A DNA stretch of 32,000 nucleotides from Candidatus Saccharimonadota bacterium. GTDB taxonomy: Bacteria; Pseudomonadota; Gammaproteobacteria; Enterobacterales; Enterobacteriaceae. The notes below the pieces were generated by a model, which was not told the DNA's origin, searched no databases, and saw only the letters and a list, made by a program, of their open reading frames with translations. A program made the position numbers and the translations under genes. Positions 9,389 to 18,947 of the stretch are shown here, piece after piece; within the stretch, counting starts at the first letter, position 1, and every line of letters starts with the position of its first letter. The stretch spans positions 430,313 through 462,312 of the forward strand of contig CP145869.1 in assembly GCA_041941765.1 (NCBI GenBank), written 5' to 3'.

Positions 9389-11962
9389 TTATTTTAACAT
9401 TAAATTTATTAACTTATCTGCAACATAAATAGTTCGATATAACAACTTCAATCCTTTGTTTTTTATAAATTTAGATACTTGCTTATCTTGCATAGCTATT
9501 TTCTGTATTTGTTCCTTAGTTGCTTTTTTTGAGACTAAAATCTTACTACGAACTCTGCCATTGATTTGTACTATAATCCACATGTCTTTTTTTATTAATG
9601 CTTGTTTATCTACTGTTGGCCAGCTTGCATTATCAATATTTGCATCTTCTCCATGTATAGCTTTCCATAATACAAAACAAATATGTGGAGTGAAAGGATA
9701 TAACATTAATACAATAGCTATTATTGCTTCTTGTAATAGAGATCTATCTAGTTCGCTTGTTTGATTTTTTGCCCTACCTAACAACTGATTTGTTAATTCC
9801 ATAATAGCAGCAATAGCGGTATTAAAAGTTTGTCTTTGATTAATATCATTAGTTACTTTAGCAATAGTTTTATGTAGTTTATAACGTAAAGATTGTTGTT
9901 GTTCATTTAATTTAGTGTTTTCAACCTTAGAATAAGTTGATCTTAGTTGAATATGATTATATACTAAAGTCCAAATACGTTTTAAAAAACGAGAGCATCC
10001 TTCTAAACCGGATTCGGTCCAATAAAGTGGCATTTCTGGAGGAGCAACAAACATTAAAAATAAACGTACCGTATCCGCACCATATTTTTTAATTATTTGA
10101 TTTGGATCAATACCATTATTTTTTGATTTAGACATTTTACTGAGACCAGCATAAACTAATTCTCTTCCCATATTATCTGTAGCTTTTATAATTTTACCGG
10201 TGTTATCACGTTTAATAATTACATTCAAAGGAGAAATCCATTGACGTTCTCCCGTTTTTTCTTCAAGATGATAAAAAGCATCTGCTAGTACCATTCCTTG
10301 GCATAATAAACGTTGAGCTGGTTCATCACTCTTAACAAAACCAGCATCCCTAAGCAATTTATGATAAAAACGAAAATACATTAAGTGCATAATAGCATGC
10401 TCAATTCCACCTATATACTGATCTATAGGTAACCAATAATTAGCTGCTACTGGATCTAACATTCCTTGAGAATAGTGAGGACAGGTATAACGTGCATAAT
10501 ACCAAGAAGATTCCATAAAAGTATCAAAAGTATCTGTTTCTCTTTTAGCTGGTTCACCTTTAATAATTAGGTTTATCCATTTTGTGTCAGTTTTTAGTGG
10601 ATTGGTTATACCATCCCAAATTATATTTTCTGGTAGAACTACTGGTAGATCTTTCTCTGCTACTGGAAAATATTGCGTATCCTGTATAATCATAGGAATA
10701 GGAGCCCCCCAATAACGTTGACGAGAAACGCCCCAATCACGCAGATGATAGTTTACTTTATATTTACCTACACCTTTATCTATAAGAGTTTTAATAATTT
10801 CATCGCATATAACTTTATTAGGAGATAACATACTACTTCTTGTTGTGGTAGATGAATCATCAAGGGTAATTTTTTTAATGGGTAGATTAAGATTATTAGA
10901 TTTAATAGCCCATTCCCAATTCTGCTGATTAGTAGTTATCATAATACTACTATCAGTTCCATATTCACAATGTATAAAATTAACTATCCAAATTGGTAAC
11001 GGTTCATTAGTAATCGGATGAATAGCAAACAATCCTGTAGATATGCCTACTTTTTCTATGGTAGCTATTTGTGCTTCAGCAACTGGAATACGACAATATT
11101 TGTGTCGAAAAGTTTCTAATCCTCGGTTAGATATTTTCGCTTCCATAGCAATAGGATGATTTAGGGCAATAGCAATACAAGTTGTACGCATAATAGTATT
11201 CGGTTGTGTAGTATATATAGTGATAGTTTTTTTTGATCCAATTACAGAAAATGTAATTTCTATTCCTTCTGAATGTCCAATCCAATGACGTTGCATAGTT
11301 TTAACTTTTTCAGGCCAATATTCAAGGTTTTTTAATCCATTAAGCAGTTCATCTGCATATGTAGTTATTCTTATAAACCATTGAGAAATTTTTCGGTTTT
11401 CCAATTTTGTATCACAACGCCAACAACACCCATTGACTACTTGCTCATTGGCTAAAACAGTTTGATCTTTTGGACACCAATTTACCATTGAAGATTTTCT
11501 ATATACTAATCCTTTTTTATATAACTGAATGAAAAACCACTGTTCCCAACGATAATATTCTGGATGACATGTTATTAATTCTCTACTCCAATCATAGCTA
11601 AATCCTAGAGATTGAAGCTGTTTTTTCATATAATGAATATTACTATATGTCCAATGTGCAGGAGCCGTGTGATTGTTTCTAGCAGCATTTTCTGCTGGTA
11701 ACCCAAATGCATCCCAACCAATAGGATATAATACATTTTTACCTAGCATTCTCTGATATCTAGCAATAACATCACCAATGGTATAATTCCGAACATGACC
11801 CATATGTAAACTACCAGATGGATATGGTAGCATAGATAAACAATAGTATTTTTTCTTCCCTTCTATTTCAGTTGTATGAAAGGTTTTATTAATTTTCCAA
11901 TAATTTTGAACAAACGGTTCTATTTCTTGTGGTCGATATTGATCATGCATGATTGTTGTCAT
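9389..11962 (-). CDS. leuS: Leucine--tRNA ligase
   Basis: Class I HIGH motif ([32 protein letters not shown]), KMSKS motif ([11 protein letters not shown]) and the CP1 editing domain. Homology to E. coli begins at [11 protein letters not shown] (ATG 11950). ATG 11962 (MTTIMHDQ) has an AGAGA SD-like element 7 nt upstream. The ORF-track start at 12031 adds 23 residues with no counterpart. Confidence 0.95.
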   Translation of the reverse strand: MTTIMHDQYRPQEIEPFVQNYWKINKTFHTTEIEGKKKYYCLSMLPYPSGSLHMGHVRNYTIGDVIARYQRMLGKNVLYPIGWDAFGLPAENAARNNHTAPAHWTYSNIHYMKKQLQSLGFSYDWSRELITCHPEYYRWEQWFFIQLYKKGLVYRKSSMVNWCPKDQTVLANEQVVNGCCWRCDTKLENRKISQWFIRITTYADELLNGLKNLEYWPEKVKTMQRHWIGHSEGIEITFSVIGSKKTITIYTTQPNTIMRTTCIAIALNHPIAMEAKISNRGLETFRHKYCRIPVAEAQIATIEKVGISTGLFAIHPITNEPLPIWIVNFIHCEYGTDSSIMITTNQQNWEWAIKSNNLNLPIKKITLDDSSTTTRSSMLSPNKVICDEIIKTLIDKGVGKYKVNYHLRDWGVSRQRYWGAPIPMIIQDTQYFPVAEKDLPVVLPENIIWDGITNPLKTDTKWINLIIKGEPAKRETDTFDTFMESSWYYARYTCPHYSQGMLDPVAANYWLPIDQYIGGIEHAIMHLMYFRFYHKLLRDAGFVKSDEPAQRLLCQGMVLADAFYHLEEKTGERQWISPLNVIIKRDNTGKIIKATDNMGRELVYAGLSKMSKSKNNGIDPNQIIKKYGADTVRLFLMFVAPPEMPLYWTESGLEGCSRFLKRIWTLVYNHIQLRSTYSKVENTKLNEQQQSLRYKLHKTIAKVTNDINQRQTFNTAIAAIMELTNQLLGRAKNQTSELDRSLLQEAIIAIVLMLYPFTPHICFVLWKAIHGEDANIDNASWPTVDKQALIKKDMWIIVQINGRVRSKILVSKKATKEQIQKIAMQDKQVSKFIKNKGLKLLYRTIYVADKLINLMLK

Positions 11963-12040
11963 CCAATATTCTCTTATATGGAAAATAGTAAAAGATTTTC
12001 TCAATAAAGAGATTAAATAATCTTCGTCCATTGATTGAGT

Positions 12041-12526
12041 TTACATAATAACATATGGATCTAAATATCCCAAAGCCAACATGATGTTCGTTTCTATTAA
12101 TTCCATGTGTTTTGCATCATTATTGTTCTGATGATTATATCCTAACAAATGTAAAGTTCCATGAATAACTATATGAGCCCAATGTGATTTCAAAGATTTT
12201 TGTTGTTCCCGTGCTTCTTCTTCTATAAGAGTACTACAAATGACTAGATCTCCAAGTAAAGACTTGGTAGTGTTTTTTTTGAAAAATGGTTGGTGTTGGT
12301 TAAAAAAAGAGAAAGATAATATATTAGTAGGTTGATTTTTATTGCGATAACGAAAATTTAAGATCTGACTCTCAATTTTATCAACTAAACGAATTGTAAT
12401 CTCTTTTTTACCAGTCGATCTAGATAATAAAACTGCTTCTAGCCATTTATGAAAATCCGATTTTTTTGGAATAAAAACACTTGGTTTTCTATCAACTATT
12501 TGTAGCTCACAATTGATCACACTCAT
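12041..12526 (-). CDS. ybeY: Endoribonuclease YbeY (16S rRNA 3'-end maturation)
   Basis: Conserved metal-binding motif HGTLHLLGYNH (H-x3-H-x5-H), plus PTNILSFSF, LGDLVIC and IMLALGY, collinear with E. coli YbeY. Confidence 0.92.
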   Translation of the reverse strand: MSVINCELQIVDRKPSVFIPKKSDFHKWLEAVLLSRSTGKKEITIRLVDKIESQILNFRYRNKNQPTNILSFSFFNQHQPFFKKNTTKSLLGDLVICSTLIEEEAREQQKSLKSHWAHIVIHGTLHLLGYNHQNNNDAKHMELIETNIMLALGYLDPYVIM

Positions 12527-12553
12527 CTTTTATTATTATAAATTATTACATTC

Positions 12554-13891
12554 TCATTCACAGAGTGATCCCCTTAGAGAATTTGGACAAACTTCAGTAA
12601 TTTTTACGTTAACAAATTTACCAATTAGTTCTAGAGGACCGTTAAAATTTACTACACGATTATTTTCTGTTCTACCTGAGAGTTCTAAAAAATTTTTACG
12701 TGAAAATCCATCCACCAGAATTTTTTGTACAGTACCTAGCATACGACGACTCCAAGACATTGCTTGCTGATTAAGAAGTGCTTGTAATAAATATAATCGC
12801 TTTTTTTTTTCTTCTTCAGGAGTATTATCGTTTACAGCAAGATTTGCAGCGGGAGTTCCAGGTCTAGGAGAATAAATAAAACTAAAACTCATATCAAAAT
12901 CAATATCTCTTATTAGTTGCATAGTCGACTCAAAATCTTCCTGGGTTTCACCAGGAAAACCAACAATAAAATCTGAACTAATCTGAATCTCAGGACGTGC
13001 AGACCGTAATTTATGAATGATTTTTTTGTATTGTAAAGATGTATATCCCCTCCTCATTAACTTAAGGATACGATTTGAGCCACTTTGTACTGGCAAATGT
13101 AAAAAACTTACTAATTTTGGAAGATAACTATAAGCTTCAATAATATCATCAGTGAAATGTCTAGGGTGGCTAGTAATAAATCGAATACGATCTATTCCCT
13201 CAATAGATGATACAAGATGTAATAAATTAGAAAACGAGCATGATTTATTTTTCCAGATACCATAATATGCATTAACATTTTGTCCTAACAAATGAATTTC
13301 TCGTACTCCTTGTCTGGCTAAATTAGATATTTCTAATAAAATATCATTACATGAACGACTGATTTCTTTACCACGTGTATAGGGTACAACACAGAAAGAA
13401 CAAAATTTATTACATCCTTCCATAATTGAAATATTAGCAATTGGACCTTGATTGCTTGTAATTATCTGATTATTAGATAAGTAATCAAATTTATTTCCAG
13501 GAAAAGTTACATCTACAATTTGGTTATGTGACTTAATGACACTATTAATCATCTTGGGAAGATAATGTATTGTTTGTGGTCCAAATATAATATCAACATA
13601 ACTAGCGCGATTAAAAATTTCTTTTCCTTCTTTTGCAGCTACACAACCTCCAACTCCGATAATGAGTTTGGGATTATTTTTTTTTAAGACTTTCCATCGT
13701 CCTAGTTGATGAAAAACTTTTTCTTGGGCTTTTTCACGTATAGAACAAGTATTCAATAATAAAATATCTGCTTGTTCGGCGACAGGAGTAAGTGAGTAAC
13801 CATGCGTTTTTTGAAGTAAAGTGGCAATTTTAGATGAATCATATTCATTCATCTGACAGCCCCAAGTTTTAATATACAATTTTTTTGTCAT
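12554..13891 (-). CDS. miaB: tRNA-2-methylthio-N6-dimethylallyladenosine synthase (radical SAM methylthiotransferase)
   Basis: [21 protein letters not shown] is nearly identical to the E. coli MiaB N-terminus. The radical-SAM motif [15 protein letters not shown] and the TRAM domain end ([13 protein letters not shown]) are present. It lacks the roughly 30-aa C-terminal tail of E. coli MiaB. Confidence 0.96.
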   Translation of the reverse strand: MTKKLYIKTWGCQMNEYDSSKIATLLQKTHGYSLTPVAEQADILLLNTCSIREKAQEKVFHQLGRWKVLKKNNPKLIIGVGGCVAAKEGKEIFNRASYVDIIFGPQTIHYLPKMINSVIKSHNQIVDVTFPGNKFDYLSNNQIITSNQGPIANISIMEGCNKFCSFCVVPYTRGKEISRSCNDILLEISNLARQGVREIHLLGQNVNAYYGIWKNKSCSFSNLLHLVSSIEGIDRIRFITSHPRHFTDDIIEAYSYLPKLVSFLHLPVQSGSNRILKLMRRGYTSLQYKKIIHKLRSARPEIQISSDFIVGFPGETQEDFESTMQLIRDIDFDMSFSFIYSPRPGTPAANLAVNDNTPEEEKKKRLYLLQALLNQQAMSWSRRMLGTVQKILVDGFSRKNFLELSGRTENNRVVNFNGPLELIGKFVNVKITEVCPNSLRGSLCE

Positions 13892-13932
13892 TATTAATTA
13901 GTACTACTAAATAATTTTATGATACATACTTG

Positions 13933-14004
13933 CTGGGATACTAGGATTCGAACCTAGGAGTGGCGGAATCAGAATCCGCTGCCTTACCATTTGGCTATAT
14001 CCCA
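13933..14004 (-). tRNA. glnV: tRNA-Gln (anticodon CUG)
   Basis: The reverse complement TGGGATATAGCCAAATGGTAAGGCAGCGGATTCTGATTCCGCCACTCCTAGGTTCGAATCCTAGTATCCCAG folds as a cloverleaf. The anticodon loop is TTCTGAT. It is close to E. coli tRNA-Gln2. No CCA is encoded. Confidence 0.9.
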
Positions 14005-14024
14005 GATGTTATTTATTATTTTGA

Positions 14025-14096
14025 CTGGGGTACCAGGATTCGAACCTGGGAATGCCGGGATCAAAACCCGGTGCCTTACCACTTGGCTATACCCCA
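14025..14096 (-). tRNA. glnU: tRNA-Gln (anticodon UUG)
   Basis: The reverse complement TGGGGTATAGCCAAGTGGTAAGGCACCGGGTTTTGATCCCGGCATTCCCAGGTTCGAATCCTGGTACCCCAG has anticodon loop TTTTGAT. No CCA is encoded. Confidence 0.9.
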
Positions 14097-14146
14097 TGAT
14101 GCTATCTTTAAGTAATGTTATATATATAAAGAACTATTTTTTTAAG

Positions 14147-14231
14147 TGCGGAAGGCGAGAGTTGAACTCGCATACTTTAAAAGGGTGCCAGACCCTAAAT
14201 CTGGTGCGTCTACCAATTCCGCCACTTCCGC
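14147..14231 (-). tRNA. leuW: tRNA-Leu (anticodon UAG), class II with long variable arm
   Basis: The reverse complement GCGGAAGTGGCGGAATTGGTAGACGCACCAGATTTAGGGTCTGGCACCC...GCGAGTTCAACTCTCGCCTTCCGCA has anticodon loop TTTAGGG. It closely resembles E. coli leuW. No CCA is encoded. Confidence 0.9.
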
Positions 14232-14260
14232 TCAACAAATATAATAAAGAAAAGTAATAA

Positions 14261-14334
14261 TGGCTACGACGGGAATTGAACCTGTGACCCCAGCGTTATG
14301 AGTGCTGTGCTCTAACCAACTGAGCTACGTAGCC
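14261..14334 (-). tRNA. metT: tRNA-Met elongator (anticodon CAU)
   Basis: The reverse complement GGCTACGTAGCTCAGTTGGTTAGAGCACAGCACTCATAACGCTGGGGTCACAGGTTCAATTCCCGTCGTAGCCA is near-identical to E. coli elongator tRNA-Met. A lysidine-modified Ile tRNA cannot be formally excluded from a CAU anticodon alone. No CCA is encoded. Confidence 0.85.
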
Positions 14335-14379
14335 AACAACATTTATTTATTATATTTGATTTTTTGATATAATGCATTT

Positions 14380-14409
14380 ATTATGCGCAACTAATTATAT
14401 TAGCGTCAA
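14380..14409 (-). promoter_or_regulatory. Candidate sigma70 promoter for the Met-Leu-Gln-Gln tRNA operon (-35 TTGACG, 18-nt spacer, -10 CATAAT)
   Basis: On the minus strand TTGACG lies at 14409-14404 and CATAAT at 14385-14380, about 40 nt upstream of the tRNA-Met 5' end. On the plus strand an extended -10 (TGaTATAAT, 14365-14373) could serve divergent glnS. AT-rich context makes the false-positive risk high. Confidence 0.25.
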
Positions 14410-14455
14410 TAAATTTTTTATAATATTTTTATTTTGATTTTTGGTAATTTATCTT

Positions 14456-16126
14456 ATGAAAAAAAGAACATTTACTAGTAATTTTATTAGGCAAATAGTG
14501 AAGCAAGACATAGAAAATGGAAAATATACAATAGTACGTACTAGGTTTCCACCTGAACCTAATGGTTATTTACATCTTGGACATGCTAAAGCAATTTGCT
14601 TAAATTTTGAATTAGCAAGAGATTATCAAGGAGAATGCAATCTGCGTTTAGATGACACTGATCCTATAAAAGAGAATCAAGAATATGTAGAATCTATTAA
14701 AAGAGATGTACAGTGGTTAGGTTATCAATGGAGTGGAGAGGTACGTTTTTCGTCAAATTATTTCGATCAGTTATATAGTTATGCAGTTGAACTAATTAAT
14801 AAAGGATTAGCTTATGTTGATGAATTAACTTATACCCAAATTCGTGAATATAGAGGAACTCTAACTACACCTGGAAAAGAAAGTCCTTATCGTAATCGTA
14901 GTATAAAATGTAACCAGCTACTATTTGAAAAAATGCGTAATGGTGAATTTAGAGAAGGAGCTGCATGTCTACGTGCCAAAATTGATATGAATTCCAATTG
15001 TATAATTATGCGTGATCCAGTGTTATATCGAATAAAATTTGCTTATCATCACCAAACTGGCAAAAAATGGTGTATTTATCCTATGTATGATTTTAGTCAT
15101 TGTATTTCAGATGCTCTTGAAAAGATTACACACTCTTTATGTACTCTTGAATTTCAAGATAATAGACGGTTATATGACTGGATATTAAATAATATTAGTA
15201 TTAATTGTAAACCAAGACCAAAACAATATGAATTTTCTAGATTAAATTTGGAAAGTGCTGTGATTTCAAAACGCAAAATGAAGATGTTGGTATTAAATAA
15301 AATTGTTGATGGTTGGGATGATCCTCGATTATTAACCATTTCTGGATTACGTCGGAGGGGTTACACACCATTCTCTATTATAGAATTTTGTCGTCGTATT
15401 GGTGTTACTAAAAAAGATAGCTTAATTAAAATGACTTTATTAGAAGCATGCATACGTGAAGATTTAAATAAACATGCCCCACGTATTATGGCTGTTTTGA
15501 GACCATTAAAAATAATATTAGAGAATATTCCTTTAGATTACACTGAAATCCTAACCATGAGGAAACATCCAACTCAGCCTGAAATGGGTTACAGAAAAGT
15601 AACTTTTAGTAGAGAAATCTATATAGATCGCAATGATTTTTGTGAAGTAACAACTAATTCTCAATATAAAAGGTTAGTTTTAGGAGGTAAAGTAAGATTG
15701 AGAAATGCTTATGTAATAAAAGCTGAACGTATAATCAAAGATCCAAATAATAATATTATTTGTGTTTACTGTAGTTGTGAGATAAATAATAAGAAATATC
15801 AACATTCTGCCTATATTAACCCCCAACCACTCTTAGGAATTATTCATTGGGTTTCAGCTTTACATTGTTTACCTGCAGAGTTTCGTATTTATGACCGATT
15901 ATTTAATATTCCTAATCCTGATGTAAGTGATGATTTTCTATCAAAAATTAATCTTAATTCTCTAATTATTTACCATGGTTTTATTGAAATGAATTTCGTA
16001 CAAGAAAATTATACTCATTATCAATTCGAACGAGAAGGATACTTTTGTATTGATAAATCTTCTACCAATAATCTTCTTGTATTTAATCTTATTGTTAAGT
16101 TACGAGAAATTTGGAAAAATAAGTAA
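14456..16126 (+). CDS. glnS: Glutamine--tRNA ligase
   Basis: NFIRQIV, the HIGH region ([22 protein letters not shown]), [44 protein letters not shown], the KMSKS-like VISKRKM, and [13 protein letters not shown] set the start at the first ATG (14456) rather than the TTG at 14441. Confidence 0.96.
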   Translation: MKKRTFTSNFIRQIVKQDIENGKYTIVRTRFPPEPNGYLHLGHAKAICLNFELARDYQGECNLRLDDTDPIKENQEYVESIKRDVQWLGYQWSGEVRFSSNYFDQLYSYAVELINKGLAYVDELTYTQIREYRGTLTTPGKESPYRNRSIKCNQLLFEKMRNGEFREGAACLRAKIDMNSNCIIMRDPVLYRIKFAYHHQTGKKWCIYPMYDFSHCISDALEKITHSLCTLEFQDNRRLYDWILNNISINCKPRPKQYEFSRLNLESAVISKRKMKMLVLNKIVDGWDDPRLLTISGLRRRGYTPFSIIEFCRRIGVTKKDSLIKMTLLEACIREDLNKHAPRIMAVLRPLKIILENIPLDYTEILTMRKHPTQPEMGYRKVTFSREIYIDRNDFCEVTTNSQYKRLVLGGKVRLRNAYVIKAERIIKDPNNNIICVYCSCEINNKKYQHSAYINPQPLLGIIHWVSALHCLPAEFRIYDRLFNIPNPDVSDDFLSKINLNSLIIYHGFIEMNFVQENYTHYQFEREGYFCIDKSSTNNLLVFNLIVKLREIWKNK

Positions 16127-16141
16127 TTTCAAAAAGAATCA

Positions 16142-16678
16142 TCACCCTTTTTTTAAATGTAATTCTTGAGAGATTTGGATAACCCATTTTTCTACTCGCG
16201 CATTAGTTAATTCTGGTTGACGATCTTCATCAATAGCAAGACCAATAAAATACTGATTATTGATTAAGCACTTAGATGAATGAAAATTATATCCTGTAGT
16301 TGGCCAATGTCCTACCAATTGTGCTCCCTTTCGTTGCACGATCTCTCGTAATGTTCCCATAGCATTGCAAAAGTATTCAGAATAATCTTCTTGATCTCCA
16401 CAACCAAATATTGCAACGTATTTATTATTAAAATTAATGGTTTCTAATGTTGGAAAAAAATCATCCCAATCACATTGAGCTTCACCATAATACCAAGTTG
16501 GTATTCCTAATAATAAGATGGGAAATTTTTCTAAATCTTTTTTACTGCTGTTAGCAATATCATGAATTGGAACGGTGTCTTCACCACCAAGTTGTTTTTG
16601 AATCATTTGTGCTATTTTTTCTGTATTACCAGTATCAGTTCCAAAAAAAATTCCAATTGATTTGTTGTTTGATTGCAT
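16142..16678 (-). CDS. fldA: Flavodoxin 1
   Basis: IGIFFGTDTGNTEKIAQMIQKQLG, LLGIPTWYYGEAQCDWDDFFPTLE, FGCGDQEDYSEYFCNAMG and GLAIDEDRQPELT are collinear with E. coli FldA. Confidence 0.95.
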   Translation of the reverse strand: MQSNNKSIGIFFGTDTGNTEKIAQMIQKQLGGEDTVPIHDIANSSKKDLEKFPILLLGIPTWYYGEAQCDWDDFFPTLETINFNNKYVAIFGCGDQEDYSEYFCNAMGTLREIVQRKGAQLVGHWPTTGYNFHSSKCLINNQYFIGLAIDEDRQPELTNARVEKWVIQISQELHLKKG

Positions 16679-16728
16679 ATATTAGTTCCCCTTCTAAAAA
16701 GTTATTTTAAATCTATAATTATACGTAA

Positions 16729-17502
16729 TTATTTTATAATAAACTGTCGAATAATATTTAATACCTGAGACATTTTTTCAAAATGTACCCAATGTCCTGA
16801 ATTAGCAATTATATGAATCTGGGATTTTGGAAATTGGTTCCGTACAGAATTATAATATCCTTCATTAAGATAGTGGGAATATTCTCCACGAATAAATAAT
16901 GCAGGATGTGGCCAAGAAGGCACTATCTTCCAATCTAGTATTTCATTATATCTTTTATAAAGACATGACATATTAAAACGCCATTTACCATAATCAAAAG
17001 ATTTTAATAAAAAATTAATAATCTTATTTTCAGGAATATATTTTCGCATTAATTGAGCAGCATCTTGACGTGAAGTAATATTAGTATCATTTACTGCATT
17101 AAGAGCCTTAAAAATATTTACATATGATTGCTTTATTTTATAAGTTACAGGAGCTATGTCAATTACTATAAGTTTTTCAATTCTTTTAGGGGCTAAAGCG
17201 GTCATTGTCATAGCTATTTTCCCTCCCATAGAATGTCCAATTACAGTAATCCGATTAATACTATTAGTATCTAGTGTATCCAAAATATCTTGAGCCATTA
17301 CAATATAATTCATTTCATCATTATGTTGAGAATATCCATGATTACGTACATCAACTTGAATAATTGTCCTATAATCATTTAACCCTCGTGCTAAGCTATT
17401 CAGATTACTCAAATCACCAAATAAACCATGAATCATCAAAATTGGTGTAGTTGGTTTTTGATCAATTTTTTTTGCAAAATGTTGAGAAAAATTTAAATTC
17501 AT
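16729..17502 (-). CDS. ybfF: Alpha/beta-hydrolase esterase YbfF (acyl-CoA thioesterase-like)
   Basis: HGLFGDLSNL, the nucleophile elbow GHSMGG, IDIAPV, FLLKSF..GKWRFN and GHWVHFEK match E. coli YbfF. It sits downstream of fldA as in E. coli. Confidence 0.88.
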   Translation of the reverse strand: MNLNFSQHFAKKIDQKPTTPILMIHGLFGDLSNLNSLARGLNDYRTIIQVDVRNHGYSQHNDEMNYIVMAQDILDTLDTNSINRITVIGHSMGGKIAMTMTALAPKRIEKLIVIDIAPVTYKIKQSYVNIFKALNAVNDTNITSRQDAAQLMRKYIPENKIINFLLKSFDYGKWRFNMSCLYKRYNEILDWKIVPSWPHPALFIRGEYSHYLNEGYYNSVRNQFPKSQIHIIANSGHWVHFEKMSQVLNIIRQFIIK

Positions 17503-17570
17503 TAGTATTAATTTAATATAAAATAAATTATCTTAATAAGAATTATTTCATAAAATATATATATTATTAC

Positions 17571-18320
17571 ATGCGTAATACAGAATTGGAAAAATTAATT
17601 AATCAGAAACTTAATAGTGCTAATTTTCATGATTATGTGCCTAATGGATTACAGGTAACTGGACGAGAAGAAATTAAAAATATTATTACTGGCGTGACAG
17701 CATGTCAAGCGTTAATTAACCAAGCTGTTGCTTATAATGCAGATGCTATCATAGTACATCATGGATATTTTTGGAACAATGAATTACCTTTAATAAAAGG
17801 AATCAAACGTCAACGTATTAAAACTCTCTTACTGAATGATATTAATTTATACAGTTGGCATTTACCACTTGATGCTCACCCTAAGTTGGGTAATAATGTT
17901 CAGCTAGCAAAACTTTTAGACATTCAAGTACAAGGAGAAATAGTTCCATTACTATATTGGGGAAATTTCTTACAACCATTAACTAGTGAATCTTTAATAA
18001 CACGAATTACAGCCAAATTGGGACGAACACCCTTATATTGTGCAGATAAGGAACATGCACCAGATTTAATTAATAGTATTGCTTGGTGCACTGGTGCAGG
18101 ACAGAAATTTATTACTGAAGCAGCTAATTTTGGTGTAGATGCTTTTATTACAGGTGAAGCATCTGAATCCACTATTCATAGTGCGCGTGAAAATAAGTTA
18201 CATTTGTTTGCGGCTGGCCATCACGCAACCGAACGTGGTGGAATTCAAGCTTTAACTAAATGGTTGGAAAAAAAATATTCTTTTAATATTAATTTTATTG
18301 ATATATATAATCCAGTATAA
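17571..18320 (+). CDS. ybgI: NIF3-family metal-binding protein YbgI (GTP cyclohydrolase 1 type 2 homolog)
   Basis: MRNTELEKLINQKLNS, AIIVHHGYFW, NDINLYSWHLPLDAHPKLGNN and AAGHHATERGGIQAL closely follow E. coli YbgI. Confidence 0.92.
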   Translation: MRNTELEKLINQKLNSANFHDYVPNGLQVTGREEIKNIITGVTACQALINQAVAYNADAIIVHHGYFWNNELPLIKGIKRQRIKTLLLNDINLYSWHLPLDAHPKLGNNVQLAKLLDIQVQGEIVPLLYWGNFLQPLTSESLITRITAKLGRTPLYCADKEHAPDLINSIAWCTGAGQKFITEAANFGVDAFITGEASESTIHSARENKLHLFAAGHHATERGGIQALTKWLEKKYSFNINFIDIYNPV

Positions 18321-18329
18321 TAAATAAAT

Positions 18330-18932
18330 TTAATCATTATTACTTATTTTATTATTGTAGGATTTTAATAATTGATAGGAAGTAGGATTACTCTCACAAT
18401 CTCCAATTCCACATTCAATAAATGTAGAAACTACATTAGCAGCAATCAAAAGACTAAATATAATAATATTGATTTTATCCCATTTAGTTAATAAAATTAA
18501 AGTTTTTTTACTATCTTTTAAAATCAATAGGATAGCTATAACAACAATAGTTAATATTGAACTCAGCAATGCTAAAGTATAAAAATGAAAATTAAACAGA
18601 GTACTACCATAACCAAGATCTCCCGGAAGAATATGTAAAAATACTTGGCGCATTGCAATGATACCAGTTAAAATACAACCTAAGAGAGCTATTCCGTAAT
18701 GAATACTGCGAATTCCAAATCTTATATTGAGAAAAAAACCGATACTAATTATGATAATTCCAATACGTTGTAATAAACAAATTGGACAAGGTAATTCATT
18801 CCATACTAATTGATAATAAAATGCCATTATCAAAATAATATTATTTCCAAATAAAACGAGCATATTTATAAAGTGACATAATTGATATGCATGACTTTTA
18901 TAATAATTAAAATCTTTGTTGGAATTATTCAT
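18330..18932 (-). CDS. Polytopic inner-membrane protein, putative DsbB-family disulfide oxidoreductase (atypical layout)
   Basis: 200 aa with about 5 hydrophobic segments. YYQLVWNELPCPICLLQRIG resembles the DsbB signature (PC-x-x-C-x-x-[QE]-R after TM1). RQVFLHILPG after the third helix resembles the DsbB loop-2 entry. A second Cys pair, CGIGDC, lies at residues 174-179. The call rests on motifs only, with no alignment run. That it is coding is more certain than its function. Confidence 0.55.
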   Translation of the reverse strand: MNNSNKDFNYYKSHAYQLCHFINMLVLFGNNIILIMAFYYQLVWNELPCPICLLQRIGIIIISIGFFLNIRFGIRSIHYGIALLGCILTGIIAMRQVFLHILPGDLGYGSTLFNFHFYTLALLSSILTIVVIAILLILKDSKKTLILLTKWDKINIIIFSLLIAANVVSTFIECGIGDCESNPTSYQLLKSYNNKISNND

Positions 18933-18947
18933 GTTTTCTGCTTTATT

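Noticed and set aside
11963-12031. 23-codon N-terminal extension of leuS ([23 protein letters not shown])
   Set aside because: Homology to LeuRS begins at [11 protein letters not shown]. The extension has no counterpart in E. coli LeuRS. It most likely represents the ybeY-leuS spacer read in frame.
13991-14257. 88-aa plus-strand ORF
   Set aside because: It runs straight across the antisense of three tRNA genes (Gln, Gln, Leu). The relatively GC-rich tRNA sequence simply lacks stop codons.
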